Source: a virus (Duplodnaviria > Caudoviricetes). Taken from it: a DNA stretch of 64,000 nucleotides. Positions 54,375 to 63,104 of this stretch are shown here, piece after piece. The translations under genes were made by a program, and so were the position numbers. Under the pieces are notes generated by a model. It searched no databases and was not told where the DNA came from. It saw nothing but the letters and a program-made list of their open reading frames with translations. Positions within the stretch are counted from its first letter, which is position 1. Every line of letters starts with the position of its first letter. Where the stretch lies: IMG/VR virus record IMGVR_UViG_3300033120_000461, positions 9,283 to 73,282 of that record; one strand, written 5' to 3'.

Positions 54375-55041
54375 TGGTTGGGTCCTGGCTTTGGGTCTCA
54401 ATGAGATGGAGGAGTTGCCTCAAGGCAGCATGGGCGTGAATCATCGCATTGGAGATCATGAGGCCCTCGGGTATTCCCTCAGAGTCATAGTCGAAGGCGC
54501 CATTGTATAGTTCAGTTTGGATCTCCTCCTTGGGAGTGCACCCAATAGAAGACAGAGCTTCTTCTAGGGCTTCAATCCGGCACTCCCGTTCCTTCGAAAC
54601 AGAATCAGACTCATCTTGTTCTTCTTCAGCCCTCGCCTCTTGGATGAGTTGCTCAATTTCTTCGCGGAAGACATCGTCATCGTCATCCCAGATAGTGCTT
54701 TTGGCAGTGCCTCCTATTGTCGCTTTCTGGACAAAGTAGCTGTCATCGGGGCGCTCTCTTTTGGCCATCCACCGAATGCAGTTGATTTGCTCCTCTTGCG
54801 AAGGCTCTGTCCCAAGACCCGAGGACTTCCACATGTATCTCCCGAAAATGACAGCTTGGATGTCCCCATGAACAAGCAAGTGGCCCCCTTCTAGGATAAC
54901 CACTTCAACCCAAAAGTTGGTTGACTTAGGATCCATCATGAGCCAGCGACCATGCCCACTCTTGGTGATGACATGATTCGAGAAATCCTCTTTACTCTGA
55001 AGGATGAGACCCCTCAGTTTTTCTTCAGACTTTGTAGGCAT
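54361..55041 (-). CDS. hypothetical phage protein
   Basis: LLVHGDI..YFVQKA pattern; likely start ATG 55041. Confidence 0.7.
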   Translation of the reverse strand: MPTKSEEKLRGLILQSKEDFSNHVITKSGHGRWLMMDPKSTNFWVEVVILEGGHLLVHGDIQAVIFGRYMWKSSGLGTEPSQEEQINCIRWMAKRERPDDSYFVQKATIGGTAKSTIWDDDDDVFREEIEQLIQEARAEEEQDESDSVSKERECRIEALEEALSSIGCTPKEEIQTELYNGAFDYDSEGIPEGLMISNAMIHAHAALRQLLHLIETQSQDPTNDQS

Positions 55042-55054
55042 TGAGGTCTCTTGG

Positions 55055-55312
55055 TCAGGATGCAGATTGGAAACGGATGGAGTGGATGACTGACTTCTGG
55101 CAGGCTTCAACTCGCTCATCTTCGTTGTTCCCGAACTGATTGTGTTTACGCCAGTTCGTGTAGGTCTGAACTTCAGTTCGGAGAATCTCCAGAGAGTTCT
55201 TGAAGTTCTCAGTGTTCTTGGCCTGTAGTGCTTCCCTAACAGAAAGGGTCAGCTTTTCGATGCGGACAACAAGTGCTTCTGGATCTTCGTTCAACGAAGG
55301 AGTCTCAGTCAT
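55055..55312 (-). CDS. hypothetical helical protein
   Basis: GAGG SD. Confidence 0.65.
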   Translation of the reverse strand: MTETPSLNEDPEALVVRIEKLTLSVREALQAKNTENFKNSLEILRTEVQTYTNWRKHNQFGNNEDERVEACQKSVIHSIRFQSAS

Positions 55313-55709
55313 GGCTCACCTCATTGGACTTCTTGTAGTCGGACAAGAACTTCTTGTATTCCTCTGACTCTCCTCCAAGTTTGCATCCAGTAATTGCTCG
55401 AACTATCCGGTCTACCACCCACGCTTGGTTTACTGTCCACCCTTTTGAATGCCCTTCAAAGCTCCCATATCGACGGGCAACACTGAGGGCCAAATCGATA
55501 CGACCTCTCAATTCCGCATCTGAGTCTGTGGGATCAACAACATCGATTCTGTAGTCGATTTCTTGACCTCCATTCATTCTTGGATCGTTAGTGGACTCAA
55601 TGCACCGATCCACAAATGATTTAGCCTTTTCAGGAGAATCAAACATGGCCTCCGCAGTGCCATCACAAACGTTGATGACAACGTATCGTTTGTCTGGGCT
55701 GGGGTTCAT
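55305..55709 (-). CDS. hypothetical protein
   Basis: YG..EG...WVVDRIVRAITG..EEY resembles a common phage family. Confidence 0.7.
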   Translation of the reverse strand: MNPSPDKRYVVINVCDGTAEAMFDSPEKAKSFVDRCIESTNDPRMNGGQEIDYRIDVVDPTDSDAELRGRIDLALSVARRYGSFEGHSKGWTVNQAWVVDRIVRAITGCKLGGESEEYKKFLSDYKKSNEVSHD

Positions 55710-56116
55710 ACAGGTACTTCTTGAGTCCCAGTCACAAGTTCAAATCTGAGTGCAGCCCTTGTCACCAAGGCTGAAACGTCAACAGGAACGAACTTTTGGA
55801 CGTACTTGTCCGCAACTTCATCCATTTCTGTGACGTCAACCACAAACCCATTGAGCTTCTTGGCTTCCTCCACAGCTTCTTTGACTGTGTCTTGCCAGCT
55901 TGTGCTCAAATCCCCGGAGACTCCACACATCCCTGAACCATCATCGTGTTCAATGGAAATCTGAACTCTGTACCAGAGGTCCCCCTCTGCAACAGGAGGC
56001 TCGATGGCCTCATTACGCTTCTGAGGACGGCACTCGACATGGGCTGTGAAAATCCAAGTTCCTACGATGAGTTCTTCCATCCCCCTTCTTACGCTCTGCC
56101 ATGGTTTTACCACCAA
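55706..56116 (-). CDS. hypothetical protein
   Basis: Coupled ORF; start uncertain. Confidence 0.6.
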   Translation of the reverse strand: MVVKPWQSVRRGMEELIVGTWIFTAHVECRPQKRNEAIEPPVAEGDLWYRVQISIEHDDGSGMCGVSGDLSTSWQDTVKEAVEEAKKLNGFVVDVTEMDEVADKYVQKFVPVDVSALVTRAALRFELVTGTQEVPV

Positions 56117-56382
56117 GAATTTTCTGGGGGCTCATCTGGCTTGGTTTCCTGAGTGGTTTGAATCTGGAACCCGCATCTTGGACATGAGGTGCAACAAGGC
56201 TTCTGGTGGGTCACGGTGACCGTGCTGTTCACGTATCTGTGACAGAAGCAGTTGCAAAGGATGTCATCATCATGGTTACGTAAAGTACACCTTGGAGGAA
56301 CGATAGTGGGGGCTGTTTTCCGAGTCCGCACTTCCTCTATGTGGATCTTCTTCGTGATTTCGTCATCCGAACTCATGGGCAT
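56107..56382 (-). CDS. Cys/His-rich small protein
   Basis: CNCFCH..H..PCC..CPRCG. Confidence 0.65.
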   Translation of the reverse strand: MPMSSDDEITKKIHIEEVRTRKTAPTIVPPRCTLRNHDDDILCNCFCHRYVNSTVTVTHQKPCCTSCPRCGFQIQTTQETKPDEPPENSWW

Positions 56383-56764
56383 CTAACTTCTGGTGTAGGG
56401 CTTCAGAAAGGAACTGGATTTGAGGTAGGACGAGTCGGTCAAATAAAACCATGAACGACCCCTCTACATCAGGGTCCCCTATCCAAGAAATAGACTCACC
56501 CAACTGTTCTACGATGCAAATCTTTCGCCTTGAGTTTTCAAACCCTTTGGTTTTCTCAGGTGGTAGAAACCAAAGCAAAGCTTGCACTCCCTGAATGGAC
56601 TCGCGAGCTACCCGAAGAGAACGCCATGTCTCAACCACCCTATGAGGGTCTAGGGAGGACCGCATCCGAACCTTTCGAGCCTCCTCTATTTGACTCAAAG
56701 CCAAAAGCAAGAGTGGTTTCGCAGCCTCTCTTGCTTTCAGTTCTCTTCTTGTGTCTGTGTTCAT
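56363..56764 (-). CDS. hypothetical helical protein
   Basis: ATGA overlap with the spike gene stop. Confidence 0.65.
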   Translation of the reverse strand: MNTDTRRELKAREAAKPLLLLALSQIEEARKVRMRSSLDPHRVVETWRSLRVARESIQGVQALLWFLPPEKTKGFENSRRKICIVEQLGESISWIGDPDVEGSFMVLFDRLVLPQIQFLSEALHQKLDAHEFG

Positions 56765-59211
56765 GTCGGAGAGAGTGTTTGCAGTCTGGGGACAAGTCCC
56801 AGTGAAGAATAGGTTAGACCTGTGAGAGGATCTCTGTCTGACCCTGCCATTATCCCACCATCAGGCACTCCAGGAGACACGAGCTTCACCCCAAGTGAAC
56901 CGTTGATGGTCACAGAACCAGTAACCGCACGCAGTGTTGCATTCATCTGCGCACTTGCCGAGAAGCTGCCAGAAGAGACTGTGGTTGAGGCATCACCTAC
57001 GGCAAGAGTTGTGTCAAGACCAGATGATGAGTCCAACACCATCTTGTTCTCAAGAGCCTTTGCTTCCCACTTCCCGAGCTTCGTCTCATAGAGGAAGTCA
57101 CCAAGGGTCAGTGTGGTTGTGTGCGAACCCTGAAGAGTAAATTCCTCTACTCGGTCTCCATACGTCATCGTGTAGGAGTCTGTCGTGCCTCCCGCATTTC
57201 CTGTACCTGGAGTGGCATTGATCTGGAAAGAGTTGCTAGGTCCGTTGGAGGGGTTTGCGTCCGATGGTCCAGATACCTGAGTCGACATGGACCCCGAAGC
57301 AGACAACGAGAGTTGTTGAGCTGAAAGATTGGCTCGCTGCCCTGAGGACATGGAAAGTGAACTTTGCGCTCTCAAATCAATCTGAGTCGCGTTTGTGATC
57401 TGCATCCTTGGCGAGTTGAGGACAATCTGTCCTGCACTCCTCACAGTGACATTGGAAGTCCCTTGGATGAGTACGGATGGAGCAGAACCACCGCTTGAAC
57501 TTGAGGGGTCCGCATCCGAAGCTGCTGAAGCCCCTGCTATGGAACCACCTCCAAAAATCGAGACTCCCCCACTAGCTGATGTAAGAGAGACACCTACATT
57601 CCCAGCACCTGGGGCAGCATCCACTGCAAAACCACCCCCTGTTGTGAATCCCACACCTCCACCAGCTTCGACTCTCAACCCACCTCGAAGTGCAACCTCT
57701 CCTGATGTATCAGGACCAGCGATATAAGCCTTGAGGCGTGAATCCTTCGTGAAGGAGACAAATGAAGCAGGGCCTGAACCAAAGGCTGGGGAGACCTTCA
57801 ACAGGGTTGCGGCATGGTCTCGTAGACGAGCGCCAACACCCGAGACTAGACCAGGAGCAACTCCAGTATTCCCAGCCCCAAAGACCATTGGTAGTAATGG
57901 CAGGCCGTAGAGAGGTCGACCTTGGAGAGAGAACGGGTCATTGCCAACCACAGACCCAAGTACCCACTCAACAAATGGGACGGAACCAGACCCGCCAAGG
58001 GGGTTCCCGTCTGTAGGGGTCTGGGTGGGGAGACGCTCTGCGTCAAAACCGTCTGTCTGTTCTGTGACTGGAAGCAGTCCCTTTGTCGAGTGGGTTACTT
58101 CCACACGGTATTCAGAGAGAGAATCCGAAGTAGACTCGTCTGAGTTTGGGGAGGCGTAGGCATTTGTGACGCCCAATACAGGTACATCACCACCTGGAAG
58201 AACGCCTACTCGGTACAGGGACTTTCCGCCATACACGACATCTGGAGTAGTCCTTCCATCAGTGCGAAACCCTCGGCTGTCTACAAAAGATCCCCACTGA
58301 AGGAAATCGAATGGGTCCAGCCGGTTCTCAAAATCTTCCCCAACTTCTGTCTCGAAGTTGGATGGGCCCGAAGAACTCCGTTCAAAGATCAACCCAGGAG
58401 TCAGGAATCCAACAGGGTATGGGCTTACTCCAAGATTGTCTGCGGAGACAGGATTCTGCTCCACGTCCACCTGAGGTATCGGGCTATCCCAATACGTACC
58501 GTCAGAGAAGACAGTGCTTGGGAGCAACCTAGCTTCTCTCTGGACTGGGCCTGAGTAAACACGAGTTCCTGCTTGGGCATGGAACTCCGCAACACTTCGA
58601 ATGATGACCGAAGTATCTGCGTCTCGTAGTCGAATCTCTGCTCCTCTTCTGTTTACAAGAAGAGCATCCTCGTTCAAGACCAGATCAGAACCGCCTGAGG
58701 ACGAGGCTAGAATGTCTCCTGGACCCATAGCACGAAGCTTGAAGCGTACCCTTTCGGCTAGGCCTGTGGCGATGCTTCGTTCACGTGGAGTGTCAAGGCC
58801 TTCTCCGGGTCCAAAGCGAGCAAATGGGAGCCACTCTTTGCCCATCCAAGGAGCTGGGGGGATCCACCCAAGAATGATGGGAGTTCGAGTGCTGGCAGTA
58901 CCACTAGACTCACGGGCAGCCCATCCAACGAGGCACAAGTCTCCTCGTTCAGGCATTGCCCCAAAGAAATGGCGTCGACCCCCTCCAGGAAGAGTGAGAT
59001 CGACGCCAGTGTACTCGAAGAGGTCTGCCTCACCAGTCAGAGTGATGAGGGTGCACTTGAAATCCTCATATTGAATCTCTTTGACTCGACACACAGACAG
59101 GCCGAGTTCAGCCCAGTTTTTCGAAGGATTGGAAGCATTGACCTCGCCTCCGCGCATACCTGCACGAAGTTCCCCCGTTGAAATGTGTCCTCTTAGAGAT
59201 TCTCCAGCCAT
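56761..59211 (-). CDS. baseplate central spike (T4 gp5/P2 gpV/VgrG-like)
   Basis: N-terminal OB-fold RV..I......MPERGDLCLVGW; C-terminal short-period Gly/Ser/Thr beta-helix-like repeats. Confidence 0.8.
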   Translation of the reverse strand: MAGESLRGHISTGELRAGMRGGEVNASNPSKNWAELGLSVCRVKEIQYEDFKCTLITLTGEADLFEYTGVDLTLPGGGRRHFFGAMPERGDLCLVGWAARESSGTASTRTPIILGWIPPAPWMGKEWLPFARFGPGEGLDTPRERSIATGLAERVRFKLRAMGPGDILASSSGGSDLVLNEDALLVNRRGAEIRLRDADTSVIIRSVAEFHAQAGTRVYSGPVQREARLLPSTVFSDGTYWDSPIPQVDVEQNPVSADNLGVSPYPVGFLTPGLIFERSSSGPSNFETEVGEDFENRLDPFDFLQWGSFVDSRGFRTDGRTTPDVVYGGKSLYRVGVLPGGDVPVLGVTNAYASPNSDESTSDSLSEYRVEVTHSTKGLLPVTEQTDGFDAERLPTQTPTDGNPLGGSGSVPFVEWVLGSVVGNDPFSLQGRPLYGLPLLPMVFGAGNTGVAPGLVSGVGARLRDHAATLLKVSPAFGSGPASFVSFTKDSRLKAYIAGPDTSGEVALRGGLRVEAGGGVGFTTGGGFAVDAAPGAGNVGVSLTSASGGVSIFGGGSIAGASAASDADPSSSSGGSAPSVLIQGTSNVTVRSAGQIVLNSPRMQITNATQIDLRAQSSLSMSSGQRANLSAQQLSLSASGSMSTQVSGPSDANPSNGPSNSFQINATPGTGNAGGTTDSYTMTYGDRVEEFTLQGSHTTTLTLGDFLYETKLGKWEAKALENKMVLDSSSGLDTTLAVGDASTTVSSGSFSASAQMNATLRAVTGSVTINGSLGVKLVSPGVPDGGIMAGSDRDPLTGLTYSSLGLVPRLQTLSPT

Positions 59212-59217
59212 TGTATT

Positions 59218-59240
59218 TGACTCCTGTCTACGGGAGACAA
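59218..59240 (-). promoter_or_regulatory. SD-occluding hairpin with CGTAGAC loop
   Basis: TTG-T-CTCC-CGTAGACA-GGAG-T-CAA; GGAG is the spike gene SD. Confidence 0.45.
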
Positions 59241-59245
59241 TACGG

Positions 59246-59276
59246 TTGTTGTTGAGGTTGGGTCAACACACCCATT
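59246..59276 (-). repeat. dispersed stem-loop repeat, copy 3 (U-A variant, 7-nt loop)
   Basis: AATGGGTG-TGTTGA-CCCAACC-TCAACA-ACAA. Confidence 0.8.
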
Positions 59277-59285
59277 GTTATCAGA

Positions 59286-59675
59286 TCACAAGTAGGTGAT
59301 CGCGGCCACGTTGATGCAGAGATGCAAGATGTTGTCTGCCAAGATCAACAACCATCCTGCAAGCCAATCAGGCTTGTCAGTCTTGTACCCATGCCATCCA
59401 GCCTCACTCAGTGAGTACCTGTACTTGGCAGGACCCAGTTGGTTCTTTGCCCAAACAATGTACCGAGCCACCCTGAAGTGATCGATTACGGCGTGTGTGG
59501 CCCAGATGACCAAGAGAGCCATTGGTGAGCGAGTCACTACCAGATGGGGCAACGTGTAAACGAACGCATGCCACTGAGCGACGTAGAAGTTTTTGGTCTT
59601 CTCTGAGGCCATGTGGTCGGTCTGTAGAAGGTAGTCCCCTACGCCATGACAAAGAAGGATCAGAAGTCCAAGCAT
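59286..59675 (-). CDS. DUF3307-like membrane protein
   Basis: CHGVGDYLLQT..MA..K, HAFVY, THAVIDHF, ADNILHL. Confidence 0.85.
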   Translation of the reverse strand: MLGLLILLCHGVGDYLLQTDHMASEKTKNFYVAQWHAFVYTLPHLVVTRSPMALLVIWATHAVIDHFRVARYIVWAKNQLGPAKYRYSLSEAGWHGYKTDKPDWLAGWLLILADNILHLCINVAAITYL

Positions 59676-59688
59676 GTCGACTCAACTT

Positions 59689-60117
59689 TCATTTCTCACC
59701 CACATTTCTCACCCACAGGTTCTTCCTGAGAGGGCATTCTGCTGGAGGTAGCTTTGTAGGCTTTCCAGTAGAAAACTTGTCCTCCCTCTCAATGGCCTCA
59801 GAATGGGTTTCCAAAGCGATGCCTTTTTTAGTGTGGTCACCCACCACACTAGCTGAGGGGTGGGAACAAAGGAGCCTTTGAATGCGCTTGGGGTTGTCCC
59901 GGTAATTGTCAGGTATTTCCTCCATCACCAGTGATGAACAATCTCCGCAACTTTGAATCACCACAAGAGACACAAGCTTACTCTCAGCTTGTGGTGTTGG
60001 ATCTGGGGCAAGGATTTGGACGAATTTGAAAAGAGACTTGACGAGTAAGTACAAAGCCCCTATCGAGACCAGAAGCCACACAAGAGCCTTGAGAAAGATG
60101 AGAGGATCATCGGTCAT
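59689..60117 (-). CDS. membrane-anchored Cys-rich protein (PxxCPL family)
   Basis: N-terminal TM helix; SCGDC..LCSHP..PPAECPL. Confidence 0.7.
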   Translation of the reverse strand: MTDDPLIFLKALVWLLVSIGALYLLVKSLFKFVQILAPDPTPQAESKLVSLVVIQSCGDCSSLVMEEIPDNYRDNPKRIQRLLCSHPSASVVGDHTKKGIALETHSEAIEREDKFSTGKPTKLPPAECPLRKNLWVRNVGEK

Positions 60118-60122
60118 CGATG

Positions 60123-60422
60123 CTACTCCTGATCAAAGTTCTCGTTGAAATCCTGGATCTCGAAGCTGAGCACGTAGGGGAACGTGTCGTAATCCTGAAG
60201 TTCAAGGAGCGCACACCGCACGCACCCTCTTGTTGCATTGCTGAAGTCCTGGTCTGAACAAGAGGTCCTATTGTGCACCACGAACGACAAGAGAGCTGGT
60301 AGGGCCTTCCGCACCAATTCTACTCTGGCATCCTGTTTGGCTTTTCGGGCGTCACGACGCTCTTGCGCACGACGATTGAGTTCTCCCCGAAGTTCGTCCT
60401 CAGTAGCTTTCTTCAAGTTCAT
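60123..60422 (-). CDS. hypothetical protein with C-terminal Cys motif
   Basis: GAGG SD; H..TSCSD..CVRC. Confidence 0.7.
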   Translation of the reverse strand: MNLKKATEDELRGELNRRAQERRDARKAKQDARVELVRKALPALLSFVVHNRTSCSDQDFSNATRGCVRCALLELQDYDTFPYVLSFEIQDFNENFDQE

Positions 60423-60430
60423 TTGTAACC

Positions 60431-60787
60431 TCAGCCCTTACATCCAGTAGGGATCGTGTCGTCGAAGTGTTCGTGTTGTTCGCCCACAGTCTCGAAGTGG
60501 TCAAAACGACCATCCAAAGCAGCAAGTCGAAGCATGATGTTGGTGCCTGGTCCGAGTTGGTTTGCCACCCACCCTACACAAGCCACCTCAGAACCAACTT
60601 CTGACTCATGGCAAGCCATGGCAGATGTGACCTGGAGAGGGCTGGTAGCAATCGTACGTCGAAGGTTGGCGTGTTTCTCCACACAGTATCCGCCTGGAAT
60701 ATCTTCCAAGGGCTTGACGGACTTCTTCCAAGGGCAAGCCTTGCATTGCTTACCTAGAGCAGCTGGAATCTTTTTTGGTTCCACCAT
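60431..60787 (-). CDS. DUF6283-like Cys/His protein
   Basis: CKACPW, MACH, CVGW..N..LRL; AAGGAG SD before ATG 60787. Confidence 0.7.
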   Translation of the reverse strand: MVEPKKIPAALGKQCKACPWKKSVKPLEDIPGGYCVEKHANLRRTIATSPLQVTSAMACHESEVGSEVACVGWVANQLGPGTNIMLRLAALDGRFDHFETVGEQHEHFDDTIPTGCKG

Positions 60788-60788
60788 C

Positions 60789-61436
60789 TCACTCCTTTGA
60801 GGTATCAGGAAGCAAAGGGATGCCTGAACCCAGCAAAGCCGAGGATCCTGATGAGATACGCAAGAAGGTAGAGGAGATATTCTCTGGCTCAAGGAGATTC
60901 TTCAAGGTTTCCCGTGCCTTTTTGAGGGAATCGTTGAAAGCCAAGAGTACAGCACGGTTCTCTTCTGTGTCTGGAATGAGTGCCGCCGAGCCCCATTCGG
61001 CATCAGCCTTCCGTTCTACTGGCCATTCATCTCTGACTACGCCAGGACTCCCATTGAAGAAACCCTTCGACTTTCTGTGGATTTTCTTCCCGTTATGTGT
61101 GGCCAGATCGAAGATCTCCACAGTGATCGACAAGTCACAGACAGAGTCACTATGGTCAGCCCGACCCATGTCCAATTCACGTCCAGAGGACCTCACGTAA
61201 AGATGACGTTCCCACTTGATCGTTGACCTCTCCTTGACGAGAGCCTTTGCTGCTGTTGTGAGAGCATCAAGGTCAATGCCCTCCATCTCCACGTTGACGA
61301 TGTCACAGACAGCAACAAACAGGGGTTTGATGCCATCTCTGCGAACGAGGTAGAAATCAAGGGCTACATATCCACTGTCTGTCCACACCTGAAAGGTGTC
61401 GATCTTCTTTCCGTTCTCAACTCGCTTCTTGGCCAT
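60789..61436 (-). CDS. hypothetical protein
   Basis: 215-aa ORF in a coupled cluster. Confidence 0.75.
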   Translation of the reverse strand: MAKKRVENGKKIDTFQVWTDSGYVALDFYLVRRDGIKPLFVAVCDIVNVEMEGIDLDALTTAAKALVKERSTIKWERHLYVRSSGRELDMGRADHSDSVCDLSITVEIFDLATHNGKKIHRKSKGFFNGSPGVVRDEWPVERKADAEWGSAALIPDTEENRAVLLAFNDSLKKARETLKNLLEPENISSTFLRISSGSSALLGSGIPLLPDTSKE

Positions 61437-61467
61437 TTAGCCCTACTTTCTTTTGGGACTGCGACAC

Positions 61468-61863
61468 TCAGAGAGGTCGCACCTTTTCGGCTTTCTCAGC
61501 CTTCTGCTTGGCTTGATCACTCCGACCCTGATCGATCTGAGTGATACGAGTTTCGAGTTCCTGGATAGTCTCTTCCAGGGACGATGTCGTATCCTTCCGG
61601 AAGTCTTCTACACGAATGCTTTGCGAGAGTTCATCCAGTCCAGAAACCCAGCCCAAGGACCTCTTGCACACAGTCAAGACGGCCAACAATCGAGCCTTAC
61701 TCGAAGTCTTCTGTGCTCCAGTGTAGCTGGAAATGCTGGAGTGGTAGGCTGCCAGTCGCAACGCTATTCTTTGCCACTTCTCTGATTCAGCACGGACGAG
61801 TCGAAGCTCGGACTCAAGATCCTTGAACTGCTGACTCTTCTCATTCTCGTTGATCTCAGACAT
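61468..61863 (-). CDS. coiled-coil hypothetical protein
   Basis: GGAGG SD. Confidence 0.75.
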   Translation of the reverse strand: MSEINENEKSQQFKDLESELRLVRAESEKWQRIALRLAAYHSSISSYTGAQKTSSKARLLAVLTVCKRSLGWVSGLDELSQSIRVEDFRKDTTSSLEETIQELETRITQIDQGRSDQAKQKAEKAEKVRPL

Positions 61864-61956
61864 GGTGTCTCCTCCCTCTGGTAACGAGTAGCGTGGTTTC
61901 TTTTCCCCTATGTTGTACTGAGCAGACTCCTACGCCTCTTGAGCCGAGTCGTGGAG

Positions 61957-61990
61957 TTGTCGCTGAATTGTAGGGTCAGCACACCCATTT
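61957..61990 (-). repeat. dispersed stem-loop repeat, copy 5 (U.G variant)
   Basis: AAATGGGTG-TGCTGA-CCCTACAAT-TCAGCG-ACAA, directly after a stop codon. Confidence 0.85.
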
Positions 61991-61992
61991 CT

Positions 61993-62331
61993 TCAAAAAC
62001 AGGGATCACCACAACTGATGCAACCACCAGCCATGCTGCGTTTCTCGTTGCCACAGCAACGATAACGATCTCGGCGAGTATTTCCAATCGGACGTTCTTC
62101 CTCAACCTCCCCGCTAGCTACTGCATCCTTCAGTGTTGCAGGAAGAAGAAGCTTCCCGCTCAGGTGTTCAAGATGGCCAGTTTCTTTTTGGATACGATGA
62201 GCACCAAAGCAGTCAAAATGGTCTTTGACTGCCCACTGGCCACACACTCGCAGGTACCCACCTTCATATCGGGTCAGAACCAACCCTCCGACTTCGCCTA
62301 TGAAACAGAACTCAGGACGTTCTTGTGTCAT
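61993..62331 (-). CDS. small Cys-rich protein
   Basis: ATGA-coupled; C-terminal CC..CISCGD. Confidence 0.6.
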   Translation of the reverse strand: MTQERPEFCFIGEVGGLVLTRYEGGYLRVCGQWAVKDHFDCFGAHRIQKETGHLEHLSGKLLLPATLKDAVASGEVEEERPIGNTRRDRYRCCGNEKRSMAGGCISCGDPCF

Positions 62332-62582
62332 GACAAGACCACCAAGTGGAAGTGGTCCTTTTTACGTTCAACCCAATGCTTGCCCTTGCGCTTGTAGCTC
62401 CAGAACTCGCCATTCGCGAATCCAGGCGTCGGTTCGGTTTGCAGTGTGGTCTTAAACACGACTCGGTCTGGAAACACTCGGTCGATCAGCCCGTTGTCAA
62501 CGATTCGCCCACTTCGAATGTCACGGACACATGCGGAATCCCCAACCTTGAATGGGTATGGGTTCTTACTCTTGGCTGTCAT
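62328..62582 (-). CDS. small KOW/SH3-like protein
   Basis: FKVGDSACV...G.IDRV..DRVVF. Confidence 0.5.
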   Translation of the reverse strand: MTAKSKNPYPFKVGDSACVRDIRSGRIVDNGLIDRVFPDRVVFKTTLQTEPTPGFANGEFWSYKRKGKHWVERKKDHFHLVVLS

Positions 62583-62782
62583 GGCTTAGGCTCCAGCAAT
62601 GCTTCATAGAGGATCTCTCTCACCACATCTGCTTCAGAAACAGTGCGACCTGGGTAATTTGCACGCTCTTGCTCAACACGTTGATTCAGGCGCACACGAA
62701 GGTCCGAGTTGATTCGAACAAACAGAACTTCAGTCAGCGCCATGGCTTTTTTTTCGTTAGAGATTTTCGTGTTTTTGGCCAT
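62579..62782 (-). CDS. ribbon-helix-helix DNA-binding protein
   Basis: LFVRINSDLRVRL....TVSEADVVREILYEAL fits the RHH pattern. Confidence 0.7.
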   Translation of the reverse strand: MAKNTKISNEKKAMALTEVLFVRINSDLRVRLNQRVEQERANYPGRTVSEADVVREILYEALLEPKP

Positions 62783-63104
62783 TCAAACCATCAAAAGGAG
62801 GTGGGGTTTTCTTCTGAGGCGGTGGTGTGACGAGTGGTTTGATACCCTTCGCCCTTCTGGGTGAACTAGGTGTGGGGATCTGCACCGTCCTATTTTCAGT
62901 GTAGGTACTTGTGCGCCACTCAGGGCTTCGAGGCTTGAGGTCCCCAAAATCTCGATCGTAACGGGGCCGAGGCAAGGTGAAGAAGTCAGGTCCAACCTGA
63001 CCCTGACCCTGACCCCGATACCGAGACATGATGAAGAGTATTCCAAGTACAGTGGAACACGAGATAAAGAGTGCTGCGACTTCAGGCCAGGTCATGGTTG
63101 TCAC
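62757..63104 (-). CDS. single-pass membrane protein with Pro-rich tail
   Basis: WPEVAALFISCSTVLGILFIM TM helix. Confidence 0.6.
   Translation of the reverse strand: MTTMTWPEVAALFISCSTVLGILFIMSRYRGQGQGQVGPDFFTLPRPRYDRDFGDLKPRSPEWRTSTYTENRTVQIPTPSSPRRAKGIKPLVTPPPQKKTPPPFDGLNGQKHENL

Noticed and set aside
1266-61887. TCGTTAC heptamer near three hairpin loci (1266, 48301, 61881)
   Set aside because: Position relative to the hairpin is inconsistent, and about four occurrences per strand are expected by chance in 64 kb.
1233-61990. Hairpin family as CsrA/Rsm sites or intrinsic terminators
   Set aside because: Transcribed-strand loops are C/A-rich with no GGA, and stems are followed by ACAA rather than a U-tract.
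62995-63015. CTGACC x3 microrepeat
   Set aside because: Encodes a GQGQGQ linker; too short to suggest phase variation.
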